The position numbers were made by a program, and so were the translations under genes. Positions 8,698 to 20,339 of a stretch of DNA of 64,000 nt are shown piece by piece. The DNA is from Squalus acanthias (taxonomy: Eukaryota), in assembly GCA_030390025.1 (NCBI GenBank), contig CM059432.1:88910001-88974000 (forward strand), in the 5' to 3' direction. The number at the start of each line of letters is the position of its first letter. The first letter of the stretch is position 1. The notes below the pieces were generated by a model that worked only from the letters and a program-made list of their open reading frames with translations, did no database searches and was not told the DNA's origin.

Positions 8698-11229
8698 TTA
8701 GGAGGTGTGGACGAGATGGTGCGGCGGTCTGATGGGCCGGCCGGAGCGGCTCTTGTAGGATGCCGGTGGACGTGGAACGGCCGGACGTGGAGCAGCCAGG
8801 TGAACCGGCTTGAGGGCAGGTCGGCCGCGTGGAGGTGGACGAGCTACAGGGACCTGCTCACCGGGCGCCGAGTGTGCTGGCTTGAGTCGGTCAACCGACA
8901 CTTTTTCGGTCCTGTCGCCCACTTGCAGGGTGAAAAATTTGTCCCCAGCCTGTAGCACCTTGTAGGGCCCGTCGTACGGGGGTTGAAGGGGTCCATGGTG
9001 GGCGTCGTGCCGGACGAAAACAAACCGTACCTGGTGCAGGCTTAGTGGGACGTGTGAGGTGGATTCACCGTGTCGGGCAATGGGCACCGGGGCGAACTGC
9101 AGCGCCGGTGAGGCGAAGTCATGGCGTTGCTGGTTGGCTGACCAGTGTGTCATGGCGGTGGGCAGGAACTCGCCGGGTACGCACAGCGGCTGACCGGACA
9201 CGAGCTCTGCTGCCGATGCGTGGAGGTCTTCTTTAACCGCGGTGCGTAGGCCGAGGAGGACCCACGGAAGTCGGTCGGTCCAGGCGCCGTCCTGGAGGCT
9301 GGCTCGAAGAGATGCTTTCAAGGATCTGTGGAACAGCTCACACAGTCCGTTGGCTTGGGGGTGGTACGCTGTGGTGCGGTGAATGGTCACCCCGAGATTG
9401 CGTGCGACGGCGGTCCAGAGTTCAGAGGTAAATTGCGGACCTCTGTCCGACGTCATGTCGGAGGGGACGCCGAACCGTGCGACCCAGGTGCTGACGAAAG
9501 CTCTGGCGATGTCGGCGGTGGTGGTAGAGATCAGTGGAATTGCCTCGGGCCAGCGTGTGGTGCGGTCAACGATGGTCAGCAAGTGCGTGTGGCCTTGCGA
9601 CGGCAGCAGGGGCCCGACGATGTCCACGTGGATGTGGTCGAATCTCCGCGAGGGGACGGTAAACTCCTCGAGGGGTGCTTTCGTGTGTTGCTGTACCTTG
9701 GCCCGTTGGCAGGCTAGGCAGGAGTTGGCCCAAGTACGCACATCCTTGCGAAGGCCACGCCAGACGAAGCGGTTGGCTACCAATTTGATGGATGCGCGGG
9801 CGCCTGGGTGGGAGAGGTTGTGGAGAATGTCGAATACCCGGCGGCGCCAGGACGCTGGGACGACAGGCCAAGGTTGACATAGGGATATGTCGCACTTCAC
9901 CGTGACTGCGGTCGGGCCACAGGCAACGTCAGCCAGGCGTAGCCCTGGTAGGTTGGTGGGTGTGGAGAGCAGATCAGGGTCGGTGATCTGGTCTGCTGCG
10001 AGTTGAGCGTAGTCGACTGCCAGGTGTGCGGCGTGGATGGCGGGGCAGGAGAGGCAGTCGGCTACCACATTGTCTCGGCCGGAGACGTGTTGGATGTCCG
10101 TGGTGAACTCGGACACTGCCGCGAGCTGGCGCTGCTGCCTGGCGGACCAGGGGTCGGTTGTCTTTGCCATTGCGAATGTCAGGGGCTTGTGGTCGACAAA
10201 CGCAGTGAAGAGGTGGCCCTCAAGCAAAAACCGGAAATGGCAGACCGCCAGGAACAGCGCGAGGAGCTCGCGGTCGAAGGTGCTGTACTTGACCTCCGGG
10301 GGGCGTAGTTGGCGGCTGAAAAAGGCAAGTGGTTGCCAGGTGCCGTCGACCCACTGCTCATACACGGCGCCGACCGCGTGTTCGGAGGCGTCCGTGGTGA
10401 GCGCTACCCTGGCATTGGGCCGTGGGTGCGCGAGCAGGGTGGCGTTGGCAAGCACGGTCTTGGTGGAGTCGAAGGCGGCGGACGCGTCTGCCGTCCATTC
10501 GACCGCCATCTTGCCGCTCCTGCCCTGGAGGGCTTCATACAGGGGCCTCATGAGAGACGCCGCTTTGGGGATGAAGCGGTTATAGAAATTCACCATCCCG
10601 AGGAACTCCTGGAGGCCTTTGATGGTGGTGGGGCAGGGAAATTGTTGGACGGCCTGCACCTTGGTGGGCAGGGGAATGGCCCCAGCATGGGTGATGTGGT
10701 GGCCGAGGAAGTCGATCTTGTCCAGGCCGAACTGGCATTTGGCTGGGCTGAGGATGAGCCCGTGGTCGCTGAGGCGCCCGAACAGGATGCGAAGGTGTTC
10801 GAGGTGTTCCTGCTTGGAGGAACTGGCTACCAGGATGTCGTCCAGGTAGACGAACAGGAACTTCAGGTCCTGAAGGACCGAGTCCATGAGCCGTTGGAGT
10901 GCCTGGGCCGCGTTTTTGAGGCCGAAGGGCATCCGCAGGAACTCGAACAGGCCAAAGGGGGTGATTACGGCCGTCTTGGGGACATCCGCGGGGTGGACGG
11001 GGACTTGGTGATAGCCACGCACCAGGTCGACCTTGGAAAAGACTGAGCGGCCGGCCAGTCTAGCCGAGAAGTCCTGAATGTGCGGCACGGGGTACCGATC
11101 AGGGGTGGTGGCGTCGTTGAGGCGGCGGTAATCCCTGCAGGGGCGCCAACCTCCGTCTGGTTTGGGGGCGATGTGGAGTGGGGAGGTCCAGGGACTGTTG
11201 GAGCGGCGGATGATGCCGAGCTGTTCCAT
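8698..11229 (-). CDS. Gypsy Pol (RT, RNase H, integrase), 843-aa open frame downstream of a premature stop
   Basis: VYLDDIL (RT); TDAS and DRELLA (RNase H); H..HPG..C..C and HVDIVG/SDRG (integrase). Confidence 0.92.
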   Translation of the reverse strand: MEQLGIIRRSNSPWTSPLHIAPKPDGGWRPCRDYRRLNDATTPDRYPVPHIQDFSARLAGRSVFSKVDLVRGYHQVPVHPADVPKTAVITPFGLFEFLRMPFGLKNAAQALQRLMDSVLQDLKFLFVYLDDILVASSSKQEHLEHLRILFGRLSDHGLILSPAKCQFGLDKIDFLGHHITHAGAIPLPTKVQAVQQFPCPTTIKGLQEFLGMVNFYNRFIPKAASLMRPLYEALQGRSGKMAVEWTADASAAFDSTKTVLANATLLAHPRPNARVALTTDASEHAVGAVYEQWVDGTWQPLAFFSRQLRPPEVKYSTFDRELLALFLAVCHFRFLLEGHLFTAFVDHKPLTFAMAKTTDPWSARQQRQLAAVSEFTTDIQHVSGRDNVVADCLSCPAIHAAHLAVDYAQLAADQITDPDLLSTPTNLPGLRLADVACGPTAVTVKCDISLCQPWPVVPASWRRRVFDILHNLSHPGARASIKLVANRFVWRGLRKDVRTWANSCLACQRAKVQQHTKAPLEEFTVPSRRFDHIHVDIVGPLLPSQGHTHLLTIVDRTTRWPEAIPLISTTTADIARAFVSTWVARFGVPSDMTSDRGPQFTSELWTAVARNLGVTIHRTTAYHPQANGLCELFHRSLKASLRASLQDGAWTDRLPWVLLGLRTAVKEDLHASAAELVSGQPLCVPGEFLPTAMTHWSANQQRHDFASPALQFAPVPIARHGESTSHVPLSLHQVRFVFVRHDAHHGPLQPPYDGPYKVLQAGDKFFTLQVGDRTEKVSVDRLKPAHSAPGEQVPVARPPPRGRPALKPVHLAAPRPAVPRPPASYKSRSGRPIRPPHHLVHTS

Positions 11230-11259
11230 GGTGGCAAACTCGGTCCGCGCGATCTCCAG

Positions 11260-12496
11260 TTAGGTCGGGTCCAGCCTGCGGGCGTGGGCGTACACTGGGG
11301 GGCCTGTGGTGGGGATGAAGTGTTCCACCCCGTGTTTGGCGGCCTCCGCGGAGAAGGTCGGATTGGTAAGGGCCGGGAAATCGGCCAGGAGTGCCGAGTA
11401 GTCATCCGTGGCCCGGGCGTGGCACTGTGACGCCATGTCGGCGGGTTGACGGGGAGCCATGGCGCCCAGGATGGGGGACATGGTGTTCATGTCCACGAGG
11501 CGGTGACGGGGGATGTCTACCAGTAGGCCGTGGGCGCACAGGAAATCTGCGCCGATGAGAGGGGAGAGCACCTTGGCAGTGATGAACTCCCATCGGTAGC
11601 GGCGACCAGCGAGGTCGAGGGTGACTGTCCGGGTGCCATACGTCCAGATTTCCGAGCCGTTAGCAGCAGCCAGCGCCGCTCCTCGTTCGCCCTTTTGGAT
11701 GTCGAGGGAGGAGGCCGTGATGATGCTGTGCTGAGCCCCAGTGTCGCACAGGAACCGGCGGCCGGTTTTGTCATCCGTGACGAACAGCAGGGAGCCCACG
11801 TGGCCCACGGCCATCGCGGGGGCTGGTACGGGGGCAGACTTGAAAGAGCAGGGAGGTGTGCACCGTTGTGCCCTGGCGCCGAACCATGCGTGGTAGTAAT
11901 AGTGGGGCGTGAAGGCCCCGTGGGCCTGGTGGCAGGCCCTTGTGGCTGCGTGGTGGCCGGTGAGGGGCGCGCCAGGCATTGGCTGCCAGGTCCGGAGTGA
12001 CGTCGCGGCTGGAGTGAGCGGACAGCAGCTTGTCGGCCTCATCAGCCAGGGCTTCCAGGTTCGTGAGGCCGGATGCCACGATCGCTGGGCGGATGCTGAG
12101 AGGGAGCTGGCGGATGAACAGCGTGCGGAAGAGGGATCCGGGTGGGCTCTCGTCGGTGAGGGAGAGCATGTGGGAGAGGAGGTCTGATGGTGAGGCATCA
12201 CCGAGGCCTGGAAGGTCGAGGAGGTGGCAGTTTCGCTGATATGCCGAGGCCGTAAATTTTTTAAGGAGCGCTGTCTTGAGATGTGTGTACTTGCCTTCCT
12301 CTGGTGGGTTCTGCAGTGCTGTCCAAACCTTCGAAACTGTGGCACTACCGAGTGATGTGATGAGATAGTCGTACTTCGTCCCATCTGTGGTTATGTTTCG
12401 TAGCCGGAAGCGAGATTCAGCTTGGAGAAACCAGGCTTTGGGCTGGTTTTCCCAAAACTCCGGCAGTTTCACGGAAACTGCGTTCGTGTCCGCCAT
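11260..12496 (-). pseudogene. Gypsy gag-protease region with one frameshift (about 11900-12000) and an in-frame TAA at 11260-11262
   Basis: Gag KLPEFW..WF.QAE; degenerate CHCC knuckle YYYHAWFGARAQRCTPPC; protease FLCDTGA. The stop is in frame with Pol. Confidence 0.85.
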
Positions 12497-12521
12497 TGCA
12501 GTGCTCGGAGTACGTTCTGAG

Positions 12522-12535
12522 CGTCGGGGTCACCA
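12522..12535 (-). promoter_or_regulatory. Primer-binding site complementary to tRNA-Trp
   Basis: TGGTGACCCCGACG, one base inside the 5' LTR. Confidence 0.9.
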
Positions 12536-12536
12536 A

Positions 12537-12778
12537 TGTTGAGGCTGCCGCGAAACACGAATTAAGGCTGAATCCATGTGTGGAAAACAAGAGACTTTTT
12601 TAATACCACTGCATGGCACAAAATGGCTGAACCGACTGCTCCCAGAATTCTCTGGAAAAATCCTGAGGCCCCGCCCACTCCTGCCTTAAAGGTAAGGTGC
12701 CTTAAAGGGAAGGTGCATCGATATATTGTCCACGGACGGAAAAGTGGATAATGCCCGTTTAGGTGGCGATCCGCCACA
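12537..12778 (-). repeat. 5' LTR
   Basis: Direct repeat of 8436-8677, followed by TSD ATAG. Confidence 0.95.
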
Positions 12779-12877
12779 ATAGATTGAACTTCTGCTGCAG
12801 ACTACACTATAATAAGGGAACAAACTTTCTAATTACTGAGCATGTGCAAACATTTTTTTATCAACCTATTTGTTCTT

Positions 12878-13185
12878 AGGATCTGGATAATAGTGACAAG
12901 GCTGCATTTATTGCCCATACCTAGTTACCCTGAGAAGGTGATGGTACATCTTATCCTTGAACATCTGCAGTCTTTGTACTGATGATACATCCACAATGGT
13001 GTTAGGTAGGGAATTCCAGGATATTGATCCAGTGACTATGAAGGGGCTATGAAGATATATGTCCATGTCAGGATGGTGTCTGACTCGAAGGGGAATGTAG
13101 AGGAGATGGTGTTCCCACAGCATTGCTGCTCTTTTTGGTGGTAGAGGACACAGGGGAGGGAGATACTGTTGAAATAAGCTGTGTT
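12878..13185 (-). mobile_element. Old 3' fragment of the APE-RT LINE family seen at 38322-41421
   Basis: Diverged match to GCATTTATTGCCCAT...GAGAAGGTG and the WNSLPN segment. Confidence 0.7.
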
Positions 13186-13427
13186 CAGGACAGCCCAGTT
13201 TCAGGAAGGGGGCCGCAGACAGGCATTAGGCCCCTTATTTGCATATGCAAAGGGCCAAACACCTGTTTCAGGTGCGGGCCCTAGATGCCTATATTGGAGC
13301 CGTTACTAATATGTCTGGTGGGGCACTTTTGGCACAGAATGTAGTGCACATGCCGCCCACCATATTAGATGCTTAGGTGCTGTTTTACAGCTGTAAAACG
13401 GGTGCGGTGTCAATAAATTTCTAGGCC

Positions 13428-14270
13428 ATCATTTTGTCTTTGTACAAGACCTTGGTTAGGCCTCATTTATAATACTGTATTCAGATTTAATCCCCTCAGA
13501 TGATGGGGGAATATTGAGCTTTTGAAAAAGGTATAGAGGAGTTCCACATGATTGATTCCCAGTTTAAAACACCTTAGCTGCTCAGAGGGCTGGGTCTGAG
13601 AGAAGCGTAGACTTAGGGGCATTTTGAACGAGATTATAAAATAATGAAGGGATTAGATTATGTTTATTTCAACTGGATAGGTTAGAGAGGACCAGGGGTC
13701 ACACTTACAACTTATGTAAGGGCTAGAACTAAGGTTCCCTTTAAGATGCGCAGGCCGCGCAGCACTCTGCAGCCCCTGCTCAGCCGGCTTTTAAATAGGA
13801 AAAACCACGCATACACGGTATTTTAAATGGGCCACGCAGCCCCTTAAAGGGGCCGCTCACCCAAAAAAAATTAAAGGGAATGTTGGGCAGAAGTAGGTTG
13901 GAGATTAAGCTGTTCTTCTTTTCCCACAGAATAGTAGACCTGTGGAACAGGTTGCCAGCTCGTTCTGTGCACGCTGATTCACTGTATACCTTCAAGAGAG
14001 CTGGACCTGTTTCTGTTATGTCATGCAAGAGGTAGGTATCCTGTAATATAAGTCAGGTTCAATGTGGTCTTCTAGACTAGTTTTCATCATCCAGATTTTT
14101 TTCCCTAATTGGCTTAGGTTTGTATCTGATCTTTTGCCTCTCCCAGGAGATTACATGACTCCAAGTGCATTGGGAATGACTGTATTGTGCTGCATAAAAC
14201 ATCCTGATTGTATGGGACAGGTTAGATGGACCAGCTAGTCTTTTCATCTCTGACATGTATGTCCCTATGT
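13428..14270 (+). mobile_element. Degenerate CR1 3' fragment, interrupted by a MITE
   Basis: LYKTLVRPHL-like start and FFSHRIVDLWNRLP segment. Confidence 0.7.
13729..13885. mobile_element. Small hAT-type MITE
   Basis: Ends CTAAGGTTCCCTTTAA / TTAAAGGGAATGTTG; imperfect 8-bp TSD GGCTAGAA / GGC-AGAA. Confidence 0.6.
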
Positions 14271-15088
14271 TTCCAATTCAAAGACTTTTTAAGTCAGCTT
14301 GGCTTGTTTGTAAACTTTCCTTGACAAAAGTCTTCATTGTGTCTACTGTAGTCTTTTTGCCTTTCAATGACTGTATGGTATAGTTGCCATGTTCCAGGTT
14401 AAAAGACTGCTGCATTATGTTGTCCCACTCTTGTTCAGACAATCTCTTCTGCTTCAAAAATGAGTTTTCGCTGCATTTCTGGTAAAGTTGCAGCGGCAGA
14501 GTGGGAGCAGCTCCGAGGAAAGTCTTGGCCAGTGTGTTCAAGCCTGGAGTGAGACTTCAACCCATAATCTTCTGCTTCAGAGGGGAGAGTGGTACTTCTG
14601 ACTCAAACTGACAGAAAAAAGGATAAGTAGTGTATGAATCCTGAGTTAGGGTCAGTTTCTGATTCATTTTCCAAGTTCTGTCCCTAGATTTGGAGGGCTT
14701 GCTCCTCTAAAGGGACCAGAGGAAACAATGTGGCCAGATCTCCTCCCTGTTATCATCCTCTCCCTCTTGTTATGTTCTGTATTCTACAGAAGCAGAAATA
14801 TGCATTAATGAGGTGACATTGGCAACATGTAATCTCCTGAACTCCTTGGGCTGGATTTTCATGGGGAAGCAGGGTTGGGGACGGGGGACTCCAAGGCGGT
14901 CGGGAAACCCAGGAGGCCGAGTTTCCCGTGGGCCCTGCCAACTTTAACGGCAGGGCCTGATTTGCATGCGAGGCCTCTGTTTCCCACCCGCAGCCAGCCA
15001 GATTGAGAGGCTGGCTAGCTCTGGGTGGGTAGGCCTGCGGCACTCGGCCGCACGGAGGAGGGAGGGAGGGCAGGATCGCGTGGGGTTC

Positions 15089-15240
15089 GGCCCAGGAGTA
15101 GATTGGGGGTGAAGGGGGTCAGCCCAGGAGTAGATCGGGGGAGAGGTCGGCCCAGGAGTAGATCGGGGGGGAGTTCGGCCCAGGAGTAGATCGAGGTGGA
15201 GGCCCAGGAGTAGATCGGGGGGGAGGCCCAGGAGTAGATC
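15089..15240 (+). repeat. GC-rich minisatellite GCCCAGGAGTAGATCGGGGG..., about 6 variable-length units
   Basis: CCCAGGAGTAGAT recurs six times. Confidence 0.85.
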
Positions 15241-15924
15241 GCGGTGTTGGGGGGTGGCATCCAAAGTGGATCAGGGGCCGGGGGAGAGGGGAACAATTGG
15301 AGGTCTGGGGGGTTGGCTTCGTGGCAGGATCGGAGGCCTGAGGGTGGAGGCCTCGTGGAAGGACTGGAGGCCTTGAGGAGGGGGGGTGCATGATCGGAGG
15401 CCTCCTTGTGGAGTCTACGATCACGGGGCGTGGGTTAGGCATGGACCCTGGGTCCAGGAGGTAAGTGAAAGTAACTTACCTCCTGGATGCAGCAGTCCTC
15501 GCCTTGCTGTAACTGCTGGGTTTTGCTAGGTGTGTGAAACCCAAACAGCTACAGTTAAAAACAGAGGCCGGCAGATCACGCCAGGTAAGTGTGTCGGGAC
15601 GACCAATGAGCTGGAAACTTCACAGCTGCAACTGGAGTCTAAAAGCTGCACAATCACATCTGCTCAATTTCAAAAGTCAGAGGTTGCTGATTTAACAATT
15701 TGGGAGACACTTGTAAGTGTCTGGTGTTAACTCTATATCTACTGTCACCTGCATTGCTGGACATAAAAGCCACCCTCACCCTTCACTGTGCCACCTCAAA
15801 TTGTTAGCACACAAATGGCAAAGATGTCAAACGTTCATACAACATTAATTTATTCCAACAAAATAAAAGAACAGAAACCTAACATTGAATTCTATCAGAA
15901 CACCCAAGTGAGCACTCTTGTGAT

Positions 15925-18689
15925 CATTTATGTGTTAGCTTTCTCTTACGCATGCTTCTACGTTGTGCTACCCCTGTGGCTTCAGCAAATGTAGAGACAG
16001 CCTGCTAACTTCCCTGCTGCACCTGCTTAAACGCCTTTGGCGTCATCCTCTGGGTTTTGGAGCCTTTGAAGGCCCCGCCAAAGTCTGTTCCTCCTGCGGC
16101 TGCATAGGGGCAGACTTGGCCATCACTGCTCCGGCAGTCATCTGGGGCTCTGACCGAGGGGTTGGCAAGTAGATGGAAGTTGGAGTGCTTGGAGAGGAGC
16201 CCCCACTTGCATGTCCCCTCCCACCATCATCCCTCTCATGGGCCACCCACACCTCTCTGCTAGCAAGTAGCTGGAGAGCACCTTGCTGCACATCAGTGGG
16301 GCCATGAGGACCCGTCTCTGTACTGACAGTCCTCATAACGGGGACGTCCATGGACCTCTGGATCTTCTCCACGATAGATGCCCATCTATCCTTCATAGCT
16401 GACCATCTATTTAGAAGTGTCACCATGTTCATTTGAGTCTGGCGATTTATGTCCTCCATGGAGGTTGCCATCCTTTCCATGGTGGAACCTACATTTGTCA
16501 TTGAGTGCACCACAGCATTGCTCATATTTGAGATGGACTCCTCCATTCTCTGCACACTCGCAGTCACCGTGGTTGCAAACCCAGTCAGAGCCTCCTGCAC
16601 TTGTTCCTGAAACTCCAGCCCTGCTCTCTTTCTGGATGGCCAGTGCTGAGCAGAACTAGGAGTGTCCTGCGGCCTCCGACAAGGAGTCTCCACTGCTGTC
16701 CCTGTCTCCACCATCTGCTTTTGCTCACTTGTGCATTGTGATACACCAGGTGACAACACTACTCTATCTCGCAAACGACCCACTGAGGTATGCGTCTCTG
16801 CACTGGTGCTGGGTGTGCTAATTTGTGCTGACACTGCTCCCTCAGAGGATGCAGCATCCTCTGAGGAGTCCTCTGGTGCTTCCTTCTGGGCAGTAGGGAG
16901 GGGGGCTCTTGATAGTCCTGTGGGAGAGTAAAGTCATGAGTTAGACATGTGATATGTAGATTGCAGACACATCCCATTGTGCACATGATGAGCATTCAAT
17001 TTCTATTGACATCAGATGCCATATGTGTCACTCATGAATGCCAAATAAGATAGATGGAGAAGCATTCTGTCACCAGGTTGTTCAACTGAGCCCGTCAATC
17101 TATCCCTCACTTCGAGCTGTTCCACTAATCCCACAATGTCCAGTGCGGCCTCCTCAGCATTGGTCAGCTGTGATAAGGATGGTGGTCATGGAGTCATAGG
17201 GCAGAATTTTCATTGACCCGTGGAGGTGGGTTTGGAGGCGTGTGGGGGGTTAAAATTGTGAAAACTGGCGGGCAAGCACAAGCCCGCCTCCATCCCGCCT
17301 CCACGCAGGTCCCGACTCCGTTCCGCCTCTAAGAGGCGGGATAGGCTATTAAGGCCCTTAATAAGCACTAAATTGCCTCTATAATGCCATTTTGAAAGGC
17401 CTTTGTGATTTTAACCCTTTTTCTACGTGAAGCACGCCTGTTCCGAACCACGAATGTGAAACCTGGTGGGAGCACATTTGGATAGCTGACTATCAGCTGC
17501 AGGTCCACTATTACAACAGAGATGTGATGATGATGTTGTAGTAGTAGTAGTAGGAGGAGGAGGAGGAGGAGGAATAATAATAATAATAATATCTGGGAGT
17601 GGTGGAGGTACAAAAATATCTGGGAGCAGACTTAGGGCTGCTGCTCATTTTGCCTCCAGGTCCTCTCACAGCAAAGGCCAGGCAGTCTTTGCAGACCTTC
17701 AATGCAGTAGCAATGATGACATCATCAGAGGCGACTTTCAGACTGAAAACACTAATTGGGTCATGGGTTCCCACATGCTGGAACTCAATTGCCCAATTAG
17801 GTGAAAATCGCATCAATCTCCCACATCCAATTGCAGTCGGGTGGATAACACGAAAAGTGGATGACAGAACCCCAACCCGCCCCAGTATCAAAATCCAGCC
17901 CATAGAGTCATAATGGCACAGTAGGAGGCCATTCGGCCCATCGAGTCCATGCCGGCTCTCCGTAGAGCAATCCAGTCAGTCCCATTCCCCCGCTCTATCC
18001 CCGTATCCCTGGAACCATTCTGGTAAATCTCCTCTGCACCCTCTCAAGAGCCTTCACGTCCTCCTCCTGTTCTCTCCCTCTCCCCCTTATTGTGGCCTCT
18101 CTTTTCCTGCAATGAGGGAAAGAAGTAGAGTTTCAGTGAGAGTGATAGAATGTGTGTAAAGAATGGATAGGATAGATGTTTAGAGAGAGACTGTGAAGGA
18201 GTGGGTTCCCATTACGAAGTTCCCTGCTTTTGAGTTGTAAGTTGTTGTCAGTGCATAACCTTGAGGGTGAGTGTGAGGGGTGCATAGTAAGATGGGGAAG
18301 TGACTCTGTGCCTTGGGAGAGAGGGATGGGGATTGGTGCAAGGGATGTTGGGTTGAGTTAGGATGTGCAGGAGTAGTGTTACCAATGCAGAATGATGGGG
18401 ATGTGATGACAGGCACAGCACAATTAAGGTAACTGTGCTTTTATACTCACTTTTTCAGAGCGCAGGAGATCATTAAACCTTTTCCTGCATTAGACCCAGG
18501 TGCGTCTGTACATAGACCTGGCATTGACCTCCTCAGCTATTCACAGCCAGGTTGCCTTTGTCTGCTGAGGAGGTTTCCTTCTTCCATCAGCTGGGTATAG
18601 GACCTCCCGACGTCCTCTGACTCCCTCCACAACAACATGGAGGAGTCTTCGTTGAAGCGGGGAGCTGCCTTTTGTTTCTCTGCAGACAT
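15925..18689 (-). pseudogene. Harbinger Myb/SANT gene with stops, a frameshift and a disrupted exon 2
   Basis: Exon 1 (18451-18689) reads MSAEKQKAAPRF...TWL*IAEEVNA..RTWV*CRKRFNDL. Exon 2 EKRGHNKGERERTGGG / PPSLSQLTNAEEAAL is split by an insertion. The last exon contains ORF 16043-16834. Confidence 0.8.
17199..17901 (+). mobile_element. About 700-bp Harbinger MITE (family C, copy 1), inserted in a CR1 tail fragment (about 17187-18058, minus)
   Basis: TIR GGGCAGAATTTT / AAAATCCAGCCC; TSD ATA; homologous to 60875-61547. Confidence 0.85.
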
Positions 18690-19394
18690 CGTGGTGAGAA
18701 GCAGCAGTCCAAAGTACCAGAAACGACCTGAGATCTAATTGTGAAATGGCCCCCTTAAATACACAAATGCAAATGCGTCAGCATATCAGCTGAACAGACC
18801 CGCACCTTGTGATCAGGGCGGGTAATCCACATGGCTGGCTTAACTAGAATTAACCAAAAAATGTGTCAGCTGGCAGCGGGACCGCAACCCACCGACTACC
18901 AGTCCTGATGCCAACCCGCCTCCAATCAGAAAACCGTGGCCAAAATGTAGGTTAAAGGAGAGGCTTCCAGCCTCATTGTATTATTTAAATTGACGTCCCG
19001 CCTCCTGACAGCGTGTTGGCTGCCGGCCCCGTCCTGCCTCTGGTAAAATCGGAAGTGGGCAGGTTGGAGGCGGGTTTAGTCGGGACTCCGATTTTTAACA
19101 ATTGAACTCCCCCCACGCTCCGAACCCACCCGTTATTTTATGTTAAAATTCCCCCCCCCCTTGTGTCAGGAGACAAAGATAGGAACATGCAGCATATAGG
19201 TGCTGCTCATGGAAGAATTTGGCATTCCATTTTTGCCTTGTGTAGATAACTTACTATTAATGAGGGAGTATAAATATTTCAATTATTTCTGTGAATAAGT
19301 TAGCTGCAGTTGCAATTATTAAGGTTAACCTCTTGCATGAGAATCACATTAGGATGTAACCCTCAGTTCTGATGCCTGGGTTGAGACAGGGGGT

Positions 19395-19761
19395 GGGGGG
19401 GAAATTCGGTTGCTTTGCGCCTCCCGTTAGCGCCCTAAGAGGGCGCTAATGGGGTGCAAAGCAACTAGCGCCCGGGTGCGGCGATGTTTGCGCCGCTCGC
19501 GAAATTGATGAAATTTTGCGGCAGCACTAAACACTACCGCCACGATCTCCTGCGCCGGCAGATCGTGACGTCAGTCGAGCGTGCAACGCCCCGGTAGTGC
19601 CCTGGACCGGATATTGAGTGGCGCCCCCTGCCTTACCACCTGCCGCTAGCAACGACAGGTTGAGGGGAGCGTTTTGCATTCGGGAAGGGACTGGGGGAGC
19701 GCTATTTGAAGGCGACCGCTTCCTGCCTTTTTTTGTCACTGACATTTTTGCACCACGCATT

Positions 19762-19796
<35 letters not shown>

Positions 19797-20295
19797 CTGG
19801 AGAGATTCAATGCTGAGTGAAGGAGTTTTGGGTACTGAGCAGCACTTTGCAGGTTCATTTTGATTTGACCTTCCTTGCATCGATTTAGAAGAGACTACGG
19901 GGGCTGCACTCTGAGCTCTTTCCCTGGGACTCTCCATTGTTCTTTCCAGCAGAGTTGATGTACAGGTCTCTCCAAGCCGAGATTCAAGGCTGCAATGAGC
20001 AGGGTGTGGATGGAGAGCAAGATCGAGCCTCCCCTTTAAGAACAGACTAGCGCCAGCAATGTGTTCTATTGCTGACTGACATCACATGAGCTTCGCCAGC
20101 GCTCTGAGGTAACGCCTCACTCCTCGGTGTTAGTGCCTTAAGACAGATGTGTAGCGCCTGATTTAGCGCTCCAATCACCTCCAGGGGCGATAGAAGCCAA
20201 GTTTGCAGTTGGAGGTGATAATTAGCGGCAGGCGCTAAACTTTGCGCCCGGCCGATAATTGCGCCCCAAACGGGGTGATACCGAATTTCTCCCCC
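19395..20295 (-). mobile_element. Non-autonomous deletion derivative related to Harbinger family A
   Basis: Both ends align to the ends of 2951-7499, including the (GA)n tract and the Myb start (MESPRERA vs MERVRERA). Confidence 0.85.
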
Positions 20296-20339
20296 GGGGA
20301 CTCCTCACCCTCATCCTAAATCAGAATTTCACAAACTTA

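Larger units (their letters stand above)
8436..12778 (-). mobile_element. Full-length Gypsy/Ty3 LTR retrotransposon, CsRn1-like
   Basis: 242-bp TG...CA LTRs, 4-bp TSD ATAG, tRNA-Trp PBS, polypurine tract, order gag-PR-RT-RH-IN. Confidence 0.95.
15567..18941 (-). mobile_element. Harbinger family B, transposase-deleted copy
   Basis: 15570-15750 matches the reverse complement of about 1400-1590. Myb gene remnant present. End GAAAACCGTGGCC resembles the TIR at 1861. Confidence 0.8.
14848..19156. mobile_element. Harbinger-type MITE split by the family B insertion (about 14848-15566 and 18942-19156)
   Basis: Starts GGGCTGGATTTT and ends AAAATTCCCCCC; CCCG-rich subterminal segments on both sides. 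Confidence 0.55.

Noticed and set aside
11900..12000. Programmed gag-pol frameshift
   Set aside because: The shift falls before the Gag zinc knuckle and no slippery heptamer was seen; a mutational indel is more likely.
9045..12239. Many plus-strand ORFs within the Gypsy element
   Set aside because: Antisense shadows of GC-rich gag-pol; no env-like or other motifs seen.
14278..14541. 87-aa minus-strand ORF with coiled-coil look
   Set aside because: No ATG start, no recognisable motif and no convincing splice context.
15089..15240. Repeat-spacer look resembling a CRISPR array
   Set aside because: Spacers are short G-rich variants, the context is eukaryotic and there are no cas genes; it is a minisatellite.
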